Source of the DNA: Podarcis liolepis
Lineage: Eukaryota
Reading direction: 5' to 3' (one strand)
Assembly (NCBI GenBank): GCA_965112155.1
Contig: OZ218102.1
Length of the DNA: 64,000 nucleotides
Shown: positions 11,418 to 25,194 of the stretch, in pieces
Numbering within the stretch: position 1 is the first letter of the stretch
Layout: each line of letters opens with the position of its first letter
Program-made: the position numbers and the translations under genes
Notes under the pieces: model-generated
The model's database searches: none
Seen by the model: only the letters and a program-made list of their open reading frames with translations
Told to the model about the DNA's origin: nothing

Positions 11418-13731
11418 CGTGTACTGTGTGTGCAGCTCCACCATAGCTGCTCTCCACAAGTTCCGCAGAGCTCAGGAAGGCATGGCAGCTGAAGAAAGAT
11501 CAGAAGAAAGAGGAAGTAGCTACAGTAGCAGTCTAGACTGCCCTCACACCCACTTTCCCTGATCAGCTCCTCAATGCCATGCTAAAAACTGCAGAAGAAT
11601 GCAGACCGGTGTGACTTTATTGATTACACAAATAATGAGGTATATGGTGGAACAAGACCCAGAGTTTACAGCACAGTCGAGTGTAGGAAATACATATTTT
11701 ATTTTATTCCCCCCCCATAAATTCAAATTGTTATTGATGCAAAATACTTTTACTTATGGTCACCAATCTAACCAATAAACATTACTACACATCGTTTCAT
11801 ATCTGTAATAATTATAATGATTTTGGTATATAAACTGCAATGCAACTTTGTTTATATATTCAGAAATGTTTGAGTGTTTTTTTTGTTGTTTTATTTTTAC
11901 GTAATTGTTGCATGTCATATGTCTAATGTAGACAATGATCTATTTTGATGCAACCATTTAAACGGTTTAAAGATGAAAATGAACATAAACTATGTTACAA
12001 AAAAATAAATAGGAAGCTATTGTTATTCTTATGGACACAGTAAATCTTTTAAGCTCTACTGCTTGGACCCAACCCTGTCCTCAGCCAGGTCCCAGAATTT
12101 TTGAAATCAAAAGCTGGCAACCCTGTAAAGAGACTGCTTATTATTACTTGTTTATCATTATGCCTGAATAGCTAGTCACTGCATGTTGTACAAATAGAAT
12201 TAATTGGAGAGGATGATTAAGGAAGGGGATGGATGCACTTTGGATGGAAAGAAGATAAAATGATTTGGGGTTTCATAAATAGAAGAGTTCATTGATGGAA
12301 AGAAGAGATAGAGATAAATGGGGTTTTTGGGGGGGACAATTAAATGAAGGGAAGGATTTGGCCAGAAGCAGGGAGTTAAATAAACAACAAAGAAATAAAA
12401 TAAATATGCAATGGGAATTCTGGGGAAGTTATTAAAAGGGCTTTAATTTTCTACTTCAGCCATACCTACATTTTTGCTTTGGTCACACTCAATTTACCAT
12501 GTGGCCCTTGCCTGAAAATGGTTAGCCACCTCTGCTATTCAGTGCGTATATGAAAAAGAACAGATAAAAAAAGATACCGCTATAAGGAAAGGGGAAGGGG
12601 CACAGAAGGCAGAATGAAGGGAGAAGAGTGAGATTCTTTGGGAATGTGGTCTAAGCCCTGTTTCAAGGGGGAGAGATGGCTGAGTGTCAGGAGGCAGAGG
12701 AGGCAGAGGAAGTGCTCAAGGTTTAGCAAAGAGGAACATATTGGCAGAAGGATGTAGGGCAAAAGAGAAAGATGGGGAAGAGTGAAGGGATTTAAAAGCA
12801 AAAAGTAGTATTGTAGCTTAAATTGAATCCAGTAAAGAAAAAAGTAGTCAATGAAGAAAGAGTTAAACAAAGATGAAATGTAGGCAAGCCAGCAAATAAA
12901 CCATTAAGTAGTATTCAAAAAGAGGGAACAAAAAGAGAATGTTAGCAATATTTAAAAAGTCAAAAATGGCAGTAACTTGTATACAATAATTTTTTAAAAA
13001 AGAAAGAGAGCAATGAAATAGGACTCCAAAGTTTCACGCTTGGGAAGAAGGAACTGTAGAAGATTTAAAGCGAATGATGAGAGAAAAAGATAGATGCAGA
13101 AGGAAGGCAGGCCAATAGCTGATTTATAGACTGTTTTTCAATAAAGCTCCTTTAGTGTCTCCTCTGGCTACAAGTACCATAGGTCTCTGGATATAAAACA
13201 CAGACTATGTATACACTGACTAGTCTGTAGAACAAAAACTGAGTTTTTCCCAATCCAGAATTATTCATGCTCATCCTCAGCATGTTGCTTTTAATCTAGA
13301 TTGTTTCTAGATCCTGCTGTCCACAAGGCTGGGTGGGGTTGCTTGATATGCTAGTGGGGTGGAAGAGCTGGGGGGGGGGGGATCATATCTGGCAACAAAT
13401 GTGCCACTTTGGTTCCAGATAGTACATAGGTAGATGAGTCTAATAAGCCTATTTTCATGGCCCTCTAGTGGTTGTGGTGGCCCATTTAACAAAAGTAATG
13501 TATATTTCATTAACTCTGGAGGCTTAGACTAGATTCTGACCAAACTAAGCCTCCTTGAGCAAAATAAACATCAAGATTAGCTCCCCCTGCCCAAATAGCA
13601 TAGAACCATAGAATTGTAGAGTTGGAAGGGACCCCCAAAGGTCATCTAATCCAACCCCCTGAAGATATGAGCCTATAACCTTCACCCCCCAATTTGATTT
13701 AACAGCATCAAACATGAAAGAAAAGCAAATA

Positions 13732-13973
13732 CAGTGGTACCTCAGGTTAAGTACTTAATTCGTTCCGGAGGTCCGTTCTTAACCTGAAACTGTTCTTAAC
13801 CTGAAGCACTACTTTAGCTAATGGGGCCTCCCGCTGCCGCCGTGCCGCTGGAGCACGATTTCTGTTCTCATCCTGAAGCAAAGTTCTTAACCTGAAGAAC
13901 TATTTCTGGGTTAGCGGAATCTGTAACCTGAAGCGCATGTAACCTGAAGCGTATGTAACCTGAGGTACCACTG
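13732..13973. mobile_element. Tigger-like MITE of a second family (242 bp)
   Basis: TIR CAGTGGTACCTCAGGTTA, TA TSD, repeated TAACCTGAAG subterminal motif. Confidence 0.88.
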
Positions 13974-14210
13974 TACTCAGAGTGTACTTCATGTTTCAAA
14001 GAGGGAAACAACCCTCCCACTGTATATAGCTCTCATGATTCAGACTGCCACTAAAGAAAAAAAATCATAAATAAACTGTCTCATCTAGGCCTGAGTGTTA
14101 CATATAATTGAGTGCATGAAGTATCAGCCACAGTAACAAATGTACTGTGTGAACAATACAGTGAAAACAGTGTGTGCCCACCTAAGCTGTGTCCTACTAT
14201 AAGAAATACC

Positions 14211-14212
<2 letters not shown>

Positions 14213-14256
<44 letters not shown>

Positions 14257-15000
14257 GTATACTCCCAACAAAAAAGTATCACACACTAAAACAGGATCAG
14301 ACACTAAAAACTTCCCTGAACAGAGCTGCCTTCAGATGTCTTCTAAAAGTTGTGTAGTTCTTTATCTCCTTGACATCTGACAGGAGGGCATTCCACAGGG
14401 AAGGTGCCACTACCAAGAAGAATCTGCCTGGTTCCCTGTAACCATATTGCCATGAGGGAGCCACCAGAAGGCCCTCAGAGCTGGATCTCTATGTCTGGGC
14501 TGAAAAATGGGGATGGAGACGCTCCTTCAGGTATACAGGGCCGAGCTGTTTAGGGATTTAAAGGTCAGCACCAACACTTTGAATGATGCCAGGAAACATA
14601 CTGGGAGCCAATGTAGATGTTTTAGGGCGAGTGTTATAGGCTCCCAGTTACCAGTCTAGCTGGATTAGTTGTAGTTTCTGAGCCATCTTCAAAGGTAGCC
14701 CCACCTAGTGCATGTTGCAGTAGTCTAAATAGGAGATAACCAGGGCATGTGCCACTCTGGTGAGACAGTGTGCAGACAGGTAGGGTCTCAGCCGGCATAC
14801 CAGATGCAGCTGATACGACAGCTACCCTGGACCTGTGCCTCCATGGTCAGCTGTGAGTCCAGTATTACTCCTAGCCTTCACACCTGGTCCTTCAGGGGCA
14901 GAGTTACCCTGTTCATGACCAAGGAGTCCTCCACACCCGCCCACACCCTGCCCCCCCCTCAGAAACAGTTCTTTTTTTTCAGGATTCAACCTCAGTCCGG
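14213..15000 (-). mobile_element. Degraded L2 LINE 3' fragment with (AAT)n tail
   Basis: Similar to the 47.5 kb L2 (e.g. TTTAAAGGTCAGCACCAACACTTTGAA, GCAGTAGTCTAA). Confidence 0.7.
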
Positions 15001-15442
15001 AATGAATCAAGAGCAGCTGGGTGTTTCTTCTCCTCCCTATTCCTGCTGAGGGATTGTTTATGCATTACAGCTCAGGATTGGAGGGGTGGGGAATGAAGGG
15101 TGCACTCTTCAAAGTATAACTACAGATAAGTATTATATGTGTAACCCATGTGCCAAAACCATGCAGGCACACTTCAATTGCAAAAAATTCCCAGATCACT
15201 AGTAGCACAAAAGCAGATTGTGTTCACTGGTCCTCTTCTTTACAAACAGCCTAGGAAGGCTAGATTGGCTGAGGCTTCCTCAGAGTTGTACACATAGGGA
15301 AGTAAAGGTGTGTGTGAAAATGTGTGTGTACACTTTTTTTTTTAAGAAAAAAAGTAACTGATTTCAGATTCTTGTTCCTATATGCAAATGCTAATTGTTT
15401 AGGAGGAGGAAGTGTGTCACATTAGGAGCTGCCCTCACTGTA

Positions 15443-15780
15443 AAGGTAAAGGTAAAGGGACCCCTGACCATTAGGTCCAGTCGTGACCGACTCTGGGGTT
15501 GCGGCGCTCATCTCGCTTTATTGGCCGAGGGAGCCGGCGTACAGCTTCCGGGTCATGTGGCCAGCGCGACTAAGCCGCTTCTGGCAAATCAAAGCAGCGC
15601 ATGGAAACGCCGTTTACCTTCCCGCCGGAGCGGTACCTATCTATCTACCTTGCACTTTGGTGTGCTTTCGAACTGCTAGGTGGGCAGGAGCAGGGACTGA
15701 GCAATGGGATTCGAACCGCCAACCTTCTGATCGGCAAGTCCTAGGTTTTGTGGTTTAACCCACAGCGCCACCTGCGTCCC
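15443..15780 (-). mobile_element. Sauria-type SINE (subfamily B)
   Basis: A and B boxes, (ACCTTT)n tail, 12-bp TSD GCCCTCACTGTA. Confidence 0.9.
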
Positions 15781-17092
15781 GCCCTCACTGTAGCAACCAA
15801 AAATAATTTTTAAAAAGTCATAGCATCACCTGCCTTGGGATTGCCCCACAACACAGAATACTTTAGTTATAGCACCCTCAGAAATGCTCCATAGGAAATA
15901 ATCTGGCCTTCCTAGGACCCTTCTGACTCTGCCTATGAAAATAAGCCATGATGCAAGACATTGCTCACCCACTGCTAGGACTATCAAATAGCAGAGAACA
16001 GCTGGGCATGCCGTGCCTTGCTCAGCATTGGCCTCATGGCTGTGCATTATTCAAAAGAGAAAAATACTCCATCTAAGGTGGCTAAGGCTCCTGGGCTGGC
16101 AATTTAGGTTTGCCTGACTTACCTATTAGTAAGTCCCGCAGAACTTACTTCTGACTAAACATATATAGGATTGCAGTGTAGATCACTCAGCTCTTGACTC
16201 TGAAATCTGATTCTTAATAAAATAAAATAAAATCTCCCCCACTTTGACAAGCGTTTAAGTGAAGTCAGGTGATTGGCAGCTGGGCTGCCCCACTCAACTG
16301 ATGCACACAGGGTTCAATCCTACTTTCTACAAGGTTTGGTAGTACCGGTTAGTTTCCCTTCCAAAACATCCAAACCAAACAGAACTGAACTGCTTGTGAA
16401 TCAGCTGGTGTGCTTGGGGGAGGTCCAGTCCTGCTGTCTGCAGCTACATCTCTACCTGCTGTACACCTGATGTCAGGTGTGGGCTGGTGGGCATTGTTTA
16501 GGAGAATGGCCTTGCAAATAGGGAGACTTGGTAGGCCTCCACACACTAGAATTGCAGGCTGTGTATACCAGTAAACCAAACAATGAAAAACACAAGAAAG
16601 GCTGCTGTGAACTGCATGTAACCGTAACAGTTCAAAACCAACTGTTTCCCCATCTATAAGACGCCCCATCTATATTTTTGTGGCAACAACCAATCACCAG
16701 TCCACACTCAGTACTATCCATGTACAAGACGCCCCCTAATTTTTGACTATTTTTTAGGGGGAAAACCTAGTCTTATACATGGGAAAATATGGTAAACAAC
16801 AGTATGATTTCTGAAATCTAGCACCAATGATCAACAGTGCATGTGCACAGATCACTCAGATGACAATTTAACTGATATAACTCATTGACTGGATTCGGAC
16901 ATAACACTAAACTATGGTCTAGTGTTACATGGGTGAACCTCGGGTTCCTTCTCATTTTCTCCTTCTCTGGCACAGTGATTCAAATATCAGAAGGTTTTAC
17001 TTCCATTTTTAATAACTGAGGGTTATCTCTTGTTTAGAGAAACAAGTCAAATTCATAAATTTTTTTGGGGGGGGTGGATTGTTCTACTAAAC

Positions 17093-17346
17093 CAGAGGTC
17101 AGCAAACTTTTTCAGCAGGGGGCCGGTCCACTGTCCCTCAGACCTTGTGGGGGGCCTGACTATATTTTTTTTGGGGGGGGGAATGAATGAATTCCTATGC
17201 ACCGCAAATAACCCAGAGATGCATTTTAAATAAAAGCACACATTCTACTCATGTAAAAACACGCTGATTCCTGGACCGTCTGTGGGCTGAATTTAGAAGG
17301 TAACTGGGTTGGATCCGGCCTCCGGGCTGTAGTTTGCCTACCCATG
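17093..17346. mobile_element. hAT MITE
   Basis: CAGAGGTCAGCAAAC...GTTTGCCTACCCATG; 8-bp TSD TAC(T/C)AAAC. Confidence 0.82.
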
Positions 17347-18381
17347 TACCAAACCATAGTTAAGACTAACCACAGTTTGCCTAGATTTGGACACAATGTT
17401 AACCGCATAGAATTTTTAAAAACTGGAAGTGAAAGCTTCTGGTCACCACCTCACAGCTGCACCACAGGAGGAGTGAAAGGGGAGCATGTGAGCATGAGGA
17501 TCATTCACATAATGCCAAACCATCGTTTAGTGTTATATCTGAACAAAGTGGATTCTGGACTAGATATGATCTAAACCTGATATAAATTTGTATTGTAAAG
17601 CATGCATATCGTCACATTTTCTTTGATTTTTATTGTTTTATCGGGGGAACTGCATTAAGTTCATTACGCCCCACCCAAACAGAAGAAGTCAATGCTGTCA
17701 TCTTGCTGAGTCACTGCTTGGGCTCACTTACTGAGCAGAAATCACCACTGATCCAGAGCCCCTTTGCTGACATCATTTACCCAGTCCAAGGCATTGTATC
17801 ATTGAGCAGCAAGCTAAATGAGTCAGGCCAGCTGCAATCCACGAGGAGCACCACTCGCAACTTGGAGGTCATCCCAGAAGCAGGGCCATAACATCATTTG
17901 GCAGCAAAAGCAGCAGCCCCCAGGAAGACTCTGAAGAAGACTCAGAGATCTAAATTTTCAACAGTAAACTAGACTTTGGGCGAGGCTTTTTTGGACATGT
18001 GGTTGACCATTGTTTGTGCCTGACAAAGGTAGTTTTGAAAGCTAGTTCTCATACTGTTGTCCCTTTCCATGTGCAGGAATAAACGAACATTTACATATTT
18101 AGCAAAATGTATAAAACACACCTCTAAGTGGTTAGAACAATATCAAGTAAAACATTAAAAAATATTGCTATAAATCAGTTATAAACAAGTATTGGAATAG
18201 TCAAAATATGATTAAGATCAACAATGGCTAAAATGAAATATGGCATGTAAATTCTGCATGTCTGGATAGGATAGCCCAGACAACTGACATCAGCACCAAC
18301 CTGATGTCAATAAGCAAGGAGTTCCCAAGTATAGGTGCCACCACAATAAAAGATGGATTTCTTACAGGTGTGGAACAAGTA

Positions 18382-18592
18382 CCGTACTGGCCTGAATATA
18401 AGCCTCACTTTCCCCCCAAATTCCGACCGTGAAAAGTTAAAGTGCGGCTTAAATTCGCAACCTTACAAAAATCAACTTTTATGAGATCACTGCTGAAACA
18501 GACATATGGTAAAACAGAATGGGTGCGAGTGCCTGCGGAATTTTAAGGGAGCGGCTTATATTCAGGTGCAGCTTATATTTGGGCCAATACGG
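18382..18592. mobile_element. Tc1/mariner-superfamily (Tc2/pogo-like) MITE
   Basis: TIR CCGTA(C/T)TGGCC(TG/CA)AATATAAGC, TA TSD. Confidence 0.8.
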
Positions 18593-18945
18593 TATTATGT
18601 GGCAGCTGTAACAATGCCAGTCCCACAGTCTGAAGAAGTCGAGTGGACATAAATGTTGTAAAGCAAGGATCAGGGTCTGTTGCACTTCAGGTGGAGAAGC
18701 ACCTTAATGGAGCTCTCGAGTTTCCTGAGTCGTAACTTGAGCCAATACAATTTTCAAAAGAAGATAATATTAAGGTAATAATGACCAATGCAGAATCATA
18801 ACTGGAGCTGTGTGTTCTCCTTAAGATTCTGCACTAAGGAAATCCAAATTATGCATGAAGAAAAGCTGAAATCTGCAAAAAGGAGAGGGGCGGGGAGGGA
18901 AGAGGGGAGAGGGGAAAGGGAAGCAGGTCTGCCAGGAACACTTAC

Positions 18946-19613
18946 TGGCTTGTTTGGCTTTCTCTGCATAGGTGGTGGTCAGGTCTTCATCGACGGGGTG
19001 CTCCACAGGCCCTATCATGGGGATGAGGTGCCTCTCTGCCCGAATGTTCTTAGTTGCATGTGGGAGGAGCATAGCTTCTGGGGAAGGCTCTCTGTCTTCA
19101 GGTAAGGGTGGCTGCAGTAGCACAGCTTCACTCTCTGAGAAGGGGGTGTCGGTGCGGCTTCCTGGCTGGCACACTATCTCCCTCTTGGCCACGCCGCTGA
19201 GGTTTTCTCCACGTTCTGCAGCTTGCGCTGTTGCCTCGGGGGTGCTGTCGTACCCGCTCAGCTCGGAAAGGGAGACTTCGTCCTGTGGCTCGCCCGCTTT
19301 ATTGTTTGGTCCCCCTGGGGGAGAACGGGGGCTCTTCTTGCGAGCTCTCCGGTGCTTTTCCTGGGCAATGTTGTCAGCGTCGCTGTCGGTCTCGGCATAG
19401 TACGCTTCGCTATCAGGGGGTGAGGTTATGTTCTCCAGGGGCTGCTGCCGTCGGGGCTGCTGCTCAGGTTCCAGGGCAGCAGGGGGAACGGCCGGTTCAG
19501 GACTGCGCAACTGGGAGGCCCGGCTGAGCGGTGAAGTTGGCGAGGGCACTTGCAGCTGCCTGGGGGAAGGGGAACGCAGGAGCCCCTCAACAGATGGGTT
19601 CCCACTAAGCACC
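18946..19613 (-). CDS. SYNPO2L: SYNPO2L coding exon 3
   Basis: Within ORF 18821..19612; motifs PPDSEAYYAETDSDAD, QEKHRRARKKSPRSPP, LLPHATKNIRAERHLIPMIGPVEHPVDEDLTTTYAEKAKQA; acceptor cctacag, donor A|GTAAGT; 668 nt, phase 2 to 1. Confidence 0.95.
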
Positions 19614-19823
19614 CTGTAGGTAAGAAGAAGAAAATAAAATAAGAGATTCTGGGTCAGTTACACACAAAGCAACAGATGAATATTTCATGCAGTTATGTGG
19701 ATAGTATTGGGTGAATCTGTTAATAGTATTGGGTGAATCTGTTAGTTTCACATTTCTCTCTGTTTCTCCTTTTTCTAATCTTAAATTCAATTTTCTACAT
19801 TGGTTTGCAAAAGAATAAAAATA

Positions 19824-20154
19824 CTGTATTTTTCCGTGTATAAGACGCTCCCATGTATAAGGTGCCCCCTATTTTGGGGGACTCAATTTTTAGAAAATGG
19901 GGGGGAGATGGATCCACCTCTCATCTGTCCCCTTACCGGCAGAAGCTGCCAATCGCCTGCCCAACTGCTGCAGCATCAGCCAATCAACACAAGCCCTTGA
20001 CGCAGAAACCAATAACACGCCAAATAGCCGCTGACAGCCGAGGCAGCAACCAATCAAACACCCACCCTATGCACTATCCATGTATAAGATGACCCCCACT
20101 TTTAAGCATAATTTTTAAAGAAAAAAATCTAGTCTTATACACGGAAAAGTACGG
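19824..20154. mobile_element. Tc1/mariner-superfamily (Tc2/pogo-like) MITE
   Basis: TIR C(T/C)GTA(T/C)TTTTCCGTGTATAAGAC, TA TSD; a shorter degraded relative lies at about 16642-16792. Confidence 0.8.
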
Positions 20155-20459
20155 TAAATAAAGTCCTCATAAAAATTCATCACCTGGAACAACACTTAAT
20201 ATACACATGTAAATAATGTTCCCTAATTGCACATTTTTGCATGGCATTTTTCAATAATATAATGCATTTTTGTATCTTATTTTTACTATATTTCATAAAA
20301 TTTTGACAGTTTAATTGTCCAAAAAGGCCCCCCCAAAAGCCCTCAAAACAGTATACCAAAAATGTGTATTTATATGCACACATATTAATTTGTCACAGGA
20401 TTTGGTTCTAGTAAGGTGAGAAAGGGTGGGGGGGGGAATCTCTCTATCCACTTTCACTA

Positions 20460-20665
20460 CCCCATTCATAATTTTATACCCCTCTATCATCTCCCCACTT
20501 GCTCACTTTCTCCCCAAACTAAAACACCCCAAATGATGTAACCTTTCCTCACAGGGGAGTTGCTCTAACCCCTTAATCATTTTGGTTGCCCTCTTCTGAA
20601 TCTTTTCCAGCTCTTTTTTTAGGTTAAGCAATTACAACTGCGCATATTATTTAGAGTGTGGTCTC
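20460..20665 (-). mobile_element. CR1 LINE fragment
   Basis: Reverse strand encodes ELEKIQKRATKMIKGLEQLPCEERL. Confidence 0.7.
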
Positions 20666-20980
20666 AGCATATCTATTATCCATCATTTGTTAGCTTCAGT
20701 TATCAGAAAAGTGAGATATAAATGTATTTGTTTGTTGATTTTGATATTTATCGATCTTCTATAAAATAGTTTTTGAGAAAAATAAACCCGGCAAGAACGG
20801 TGTTGAATGGGAAACAGAGAAAATGCACAATGCCCCTGGATGCTTGGAGAATAGCTAGTGCTTAACGAAAGAGAAATACGAAGCTGCCTTATACTGGGTT
20901 AGATACAGTGCATAATAAGTGTTCCCACACAAAAAAGAAACAAAACAAAACAAAAAATTACAGCTACACAACATTTATAG

Positions 20981-21342
20981 CAGGGGTGGCCAACTCCTGA
21001 GAGACTGCGATCTACTTTCAAAATTAAAATCTGGCAGTGATCTACCCCCATTTTTTAGGAGTTTAGCTCAAAATTGTTCACCTTTTGGGGGGGAGGGGAA
21101 ATGCCCCGTTTTTTAGGGGGGCAGGGACTTTTTTGCAGCTCTTCTGAGGGAGGGAGCAACAGAAGCAACCACTAATCTTACGATCAGCCTCAGTTTCTAA
21201 ACTCCGGCTTCCCTTCTGCAACAATAGACTTCGGTGCAGGGAGAGGGGCCGGGGCCGGAAGGGGGCCAGCAATTGACCGCGATCTACCAAAACCTTGCAG
21301 GGATCGACCAGTAGATCGCAATTGACGTGTTGGACATCCCTA
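20981..21342. mobile_element. hAT MITE
   Basis: Imperfect TIR CAGGGGTGGCCAAC / GTTGGACATCCCTA; 8-bp TSD ATTTATAG. Confidence 0.8.
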
Positions 21343-22622
21343 ATTTATAGAATACTTCAATTAACAAAACACCATACAAACAGTAAACACACAATATACA
21401 TACTCTGACAGAAAAACCGGTTAAAAGCGCATCTCAACTTGATAAAGTATCAAGTTTGTATAGTGAATCCTAATTTCTTGAGAAAATTCTTTTAAAATTA
21501 GAAGTCCAACTTGAAAAGAAATTTCTCAAGGAATTAGGATGCAAGTTTGGGGTCTGGTAGATAATACTGAATCAGGCCACTGGTAACTCTAGCTAATAGT
21601 TTCCTTTGATTTGCAATACTCTCCAATGTCTCAAGGCTGAAATACGTATGACGTGGGAGAGAAGAATTGGATTTCCCAACATTTTCTCTCTCTTTAAAGC
21701 AGCAACCAGGGTCTCCAGTTTTGACCTAAGAAGCGGCACTGACAGCACCCAGGAAAATGTGTCAACTTTCTGAGCACTGTGATTCCAATCCAAATGAGAG
21801 CACCCTCCTTCCCTACTGCTGCTTTAAAAAATTACCGGTAATCAGGAAATCTGATCCTGGGTCACATCTGTTTTGGCAAACAACCAGAGGTCTTTCCCAG
21901 CTTTGCTATCCACAGTCCTTTTTACTGGAGTCCCATGGCTCTCCAGTGAAAAGGACTGTGGATAGCAAGGCTGGGAAAGACTTATGGTGTGTGCAAAATC
22001 TGACATTCACCACTGAGAGACATGCAAGTAACAGGAGGGGCAAGTACCAGATGATCTAGGATCAGATTGACGCATTTTAATAGAGGGCCCACAAGCATAC
22101 TCCAGCCCAGAGAAGGCTGCCAAAAGGCCATACAGGCTGTATTGGCACTGCTAGTGATGATGCAGGCACTGTTGCCAGGAACACAACTTTAAACTAAGGC
22201 TCAGTTGACAGCCATGAGTTTTTCCAGTGGGGCTGACTGCTCTGGTTCACTCAAGAGTTTGAATTAGCTCAGCGGAATTTTTTCTCTTTTGTTGTTGAAC
22301 AGCTTATCTCCATGCTTCCAGAGGGCAGCCATGGTGGCCTGTTTATCAGCAAAGGAGCTGCATTCAAAAGAAGAAGACTCAAGCCCACAGGGGTTCTCTC
22401 CCCACTCACTGTCCACATCTTACTCCTGATATATAAGTTAAATAGCAACAGTCTTGGTACAGGTTATATGGGTATAGCATTGCTAACTTTCCTGAAATAT
22501 GAAAACTGTTTAACCTAACCCTTTTCTTTCTGTTTTTTAACTGCTTAACAATCTCCACAAGAGCTTCTACCTTATTTCCCCACATTTTCATATAAGTCTT
22601 TGGTGTGGTGTTGAGCAGTGTA

Positions 22623-23036
22623 CAGTGGTGCCCCGCAAGACGAAATTAATTCGTTCCGCAATTTTTGTCGTCTAGCGAATTTTTCGTCTTGCGAATCACG
22701 AAATCCCATAGGAATGCATTGAAAATCAATTAATGCGTTCCTATGGTCAAAAAAAGACCAAACAAAGCCAAATTTGGTACAACAACAGTTTATTAACTGC
22801 TCTTTAAAGTCACACATACTATAAAGAGCAGTTCAAAAATTTAAGGGAAAATAAATTAACTTTATAAACAAAACATGTCTTTGTTTTTAGACAAAGAAAA
22901 AAAGTCGCGAGACGTTTTCGTCTTGCGAAGCAAGCCCATAGGGAAATTCGTCTTGCGAGGCAAATCAAAAACGGAAAAACCTTTCGTCTAGCGAGTTTTT
23001 TGTCTTGCAAGGCATTCGTCTTGCGAGGTACCACTG
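22623..23036. mobile_element. Tigger-family deletion derivative (414 bp)
   Basis: Same TIRs and TA TSD; the first 240 bp or so align with the left end of the 61532 element. Confidence 0.92.
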
Positions 23037-23043
23037 TATCTAT

Positions 23044-23072
23044 CTACCTACCTACCTACCTACCTACCTACC
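23044..23072. repeat. (CTAC)n microsatellite adjoining a Tigger MITE
   Basis: About 7 CTAC units. Confidence 0.9.
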
Positions 23073-23761
23073 TGGCTCACATATTCTTGATATCTACCCT
23101 CCAATGCAATTATAAAAAATATAAAAGTAAAGTAACCATAAGCCTTCAGAATGAGAACTCGGATACATGATGCTATTACACTGATCCTATTTAGACTAAG
23201 TGCTGAGCAAGCAAGAATTTACCCATGCAGCATTCCATGTAGCTGGCTTCAAATTTAAACCAGGCTCTCAGCTACTGAATGTGCAATAATAGCATGTCAA
23301 TGCAACACCCGCTCAGGCCACAAGGATCACTAGTGTCCTAATGCTGTATTAGAAGGCAAGACAGCTGTGGCTTAAAAGAGACATCAGGCACTTGGAATAC
23401 GGTGCAGGAAAGTACACGTCTGACATCTTCTTTTAAACGGGCCAGCCTGGTCACACTCTGAATGTCCAACATGTCCAGAAGCCTAATATGAGTCATTCTG
23501 AGGTTTTTTAAAAAACAGACTACATATAATGAAAAAGAGTCCCTGTAACTGTTAGTGGGGGGAGTCATTTTCGTATGACACTCGCATGCATTCTGGGATT
23601 GAAGTAGGAGCACAGGATAGGCATAGCTGGGAAGGTATATGAAGTCACACATATAATTACATTGAACATTTAATCAAAATCAGTTTGTGCTACCTTAACA
23701 GGGTGCTGAATTTCTCACCGAGCTCAGCTGACACCACGAGCCAACAGCTGTTATCATTTAC

Positions 23762-23913
23762 CTTTTAACAACAATGTTGAGGATGCCATTTGAGGAGTCG
23801 ATGATCTGCATGGCGCTGGCATGTGAGAGGCCAGCACATGATTTCCCATTGATGGTTACCAGTTCATCATTTTCCCATAAGCCCCCACGGCATGCTTTGC
23901 TTCTTTTACGGAT
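23762..23913 (-). CDS. SYNPO2L: SYNPO2L coding exon 2, C-terminal half of the PDZ domain
   Basis: Not in the ORF track; manual translation IRKRSKACRGGLWENDELVTINGKSCAGLSHASAMQIIDSSNGILNIVVK(R); acceptor tttttag, donor AG|GTAAAT; 152 nt, phase 0 to 2. Confidence 0.95.
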
Positions 23914-25194
23914 CTAAAAAGGGAAAAGCAGAGAAGAGAGTGTGAAGGAGAAAGTTCCCTCCTGGGCTATCAACAGGGATACCAACAGCATGACAGTTAC
24001 CACCATGGAAAAGCTGAAAAAGGGGTTTGGTCATCACACGAAAGGGGCACACTTATGCCACATCCTATATCCCTTCAGCCCATGGCCACAACCCCATTGT
24101 TGATGTGAACCCCACATAGGGAGACCATAACTCAGATGACAGCTGCTTGGTGTGTGTCCTCTCTCTCGTCTCATGGCATTCACACCTAGCCCTCACAAGG
24201 GGCAACTTCAGTAACGTGAAACGACGTAGAAAGGACATGTTGCACACAAAGGGACTACTCTGCAAAGAACGGCCTAAGCTTGAGCACAGTACCAAGACTT
24301 CTTTCCTTACAACCCTAAATGGGTACGTCAAATTGGGATAGGTAACAACAGCCTCCACTCAAATAACTGGAGTGAGTGTGGGGCTGATATATCCAAAGGA
24401 CCTGCTGCAAATACCCCAAGTCTTTTTCTCCCCCCGCATTGCCGTACATGAGAACAGTCTTCCTTTGCCGAACTGTATTGCTCCAGCAATTCCCCAACCA
24501 CAACAGTGGGAGGCAGTGTTCTCAATGCATGGGAAATACTCATCCCCCATTGGCCGAAACCAGGCACTCCACTTCCTGCCAGCTGGCAGTTAATAGCAAC
24601 AACTGGGGTCCTTTCATCAGGACCTAGGTGACATGGGGAGGATAGGGTTAACCTTTCCCTCTCAGTGTGCTGTAGTCCCAATGAAAACAAACCCCTTCCC
24701 CCAGTGTACCCCTACTTTTTAAAAACTGCACAGTTGCAAATGATGAGCCTAGCATAACATCCTGGTTCTCTGTGTCTCCCCTGCAAAGTGGAGGAGCAGG
24801 GAAAAGGAAGAAATGCCTATCTTTTTTTGGGAGGTATGAGCTGTCTAGACACTTGTTGGACCTTTATCAGCCTCTGGGGATCAGCTCCAAGCTTTTCCTG
24901 CAATCTTAAAATAGAAATTGCTCATTCCATCTGCCACATTCATCAGCACAAATGCCATCATCCTGGCCTTCCAGAGACTTTGCCCTTCCTCTGCCTCTAA
25001 CATTTGGAAAAGAAAAAAAAAATCTGGAATGAGAACATGAAACCTAGTAATAGAGCAACAGAGCAAACAGGCTCTCCAGCTCCTATCAAACTGAGCAGTT
25101 TCCATCTGGCTTCCTTCCCTCATTTCACCAAGTTTTCTGGGGTACACTTTGTAGGCAAATAACAAAATAAAGAACTATGTACACTCATGTGACA

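Noticed and set aside
19701-19744. Short tandem duplications (22 bp here; 18 bp at about 60907-60943)
   Set aside because: Ordinary slippage or repair duplications in introns with no evident function.
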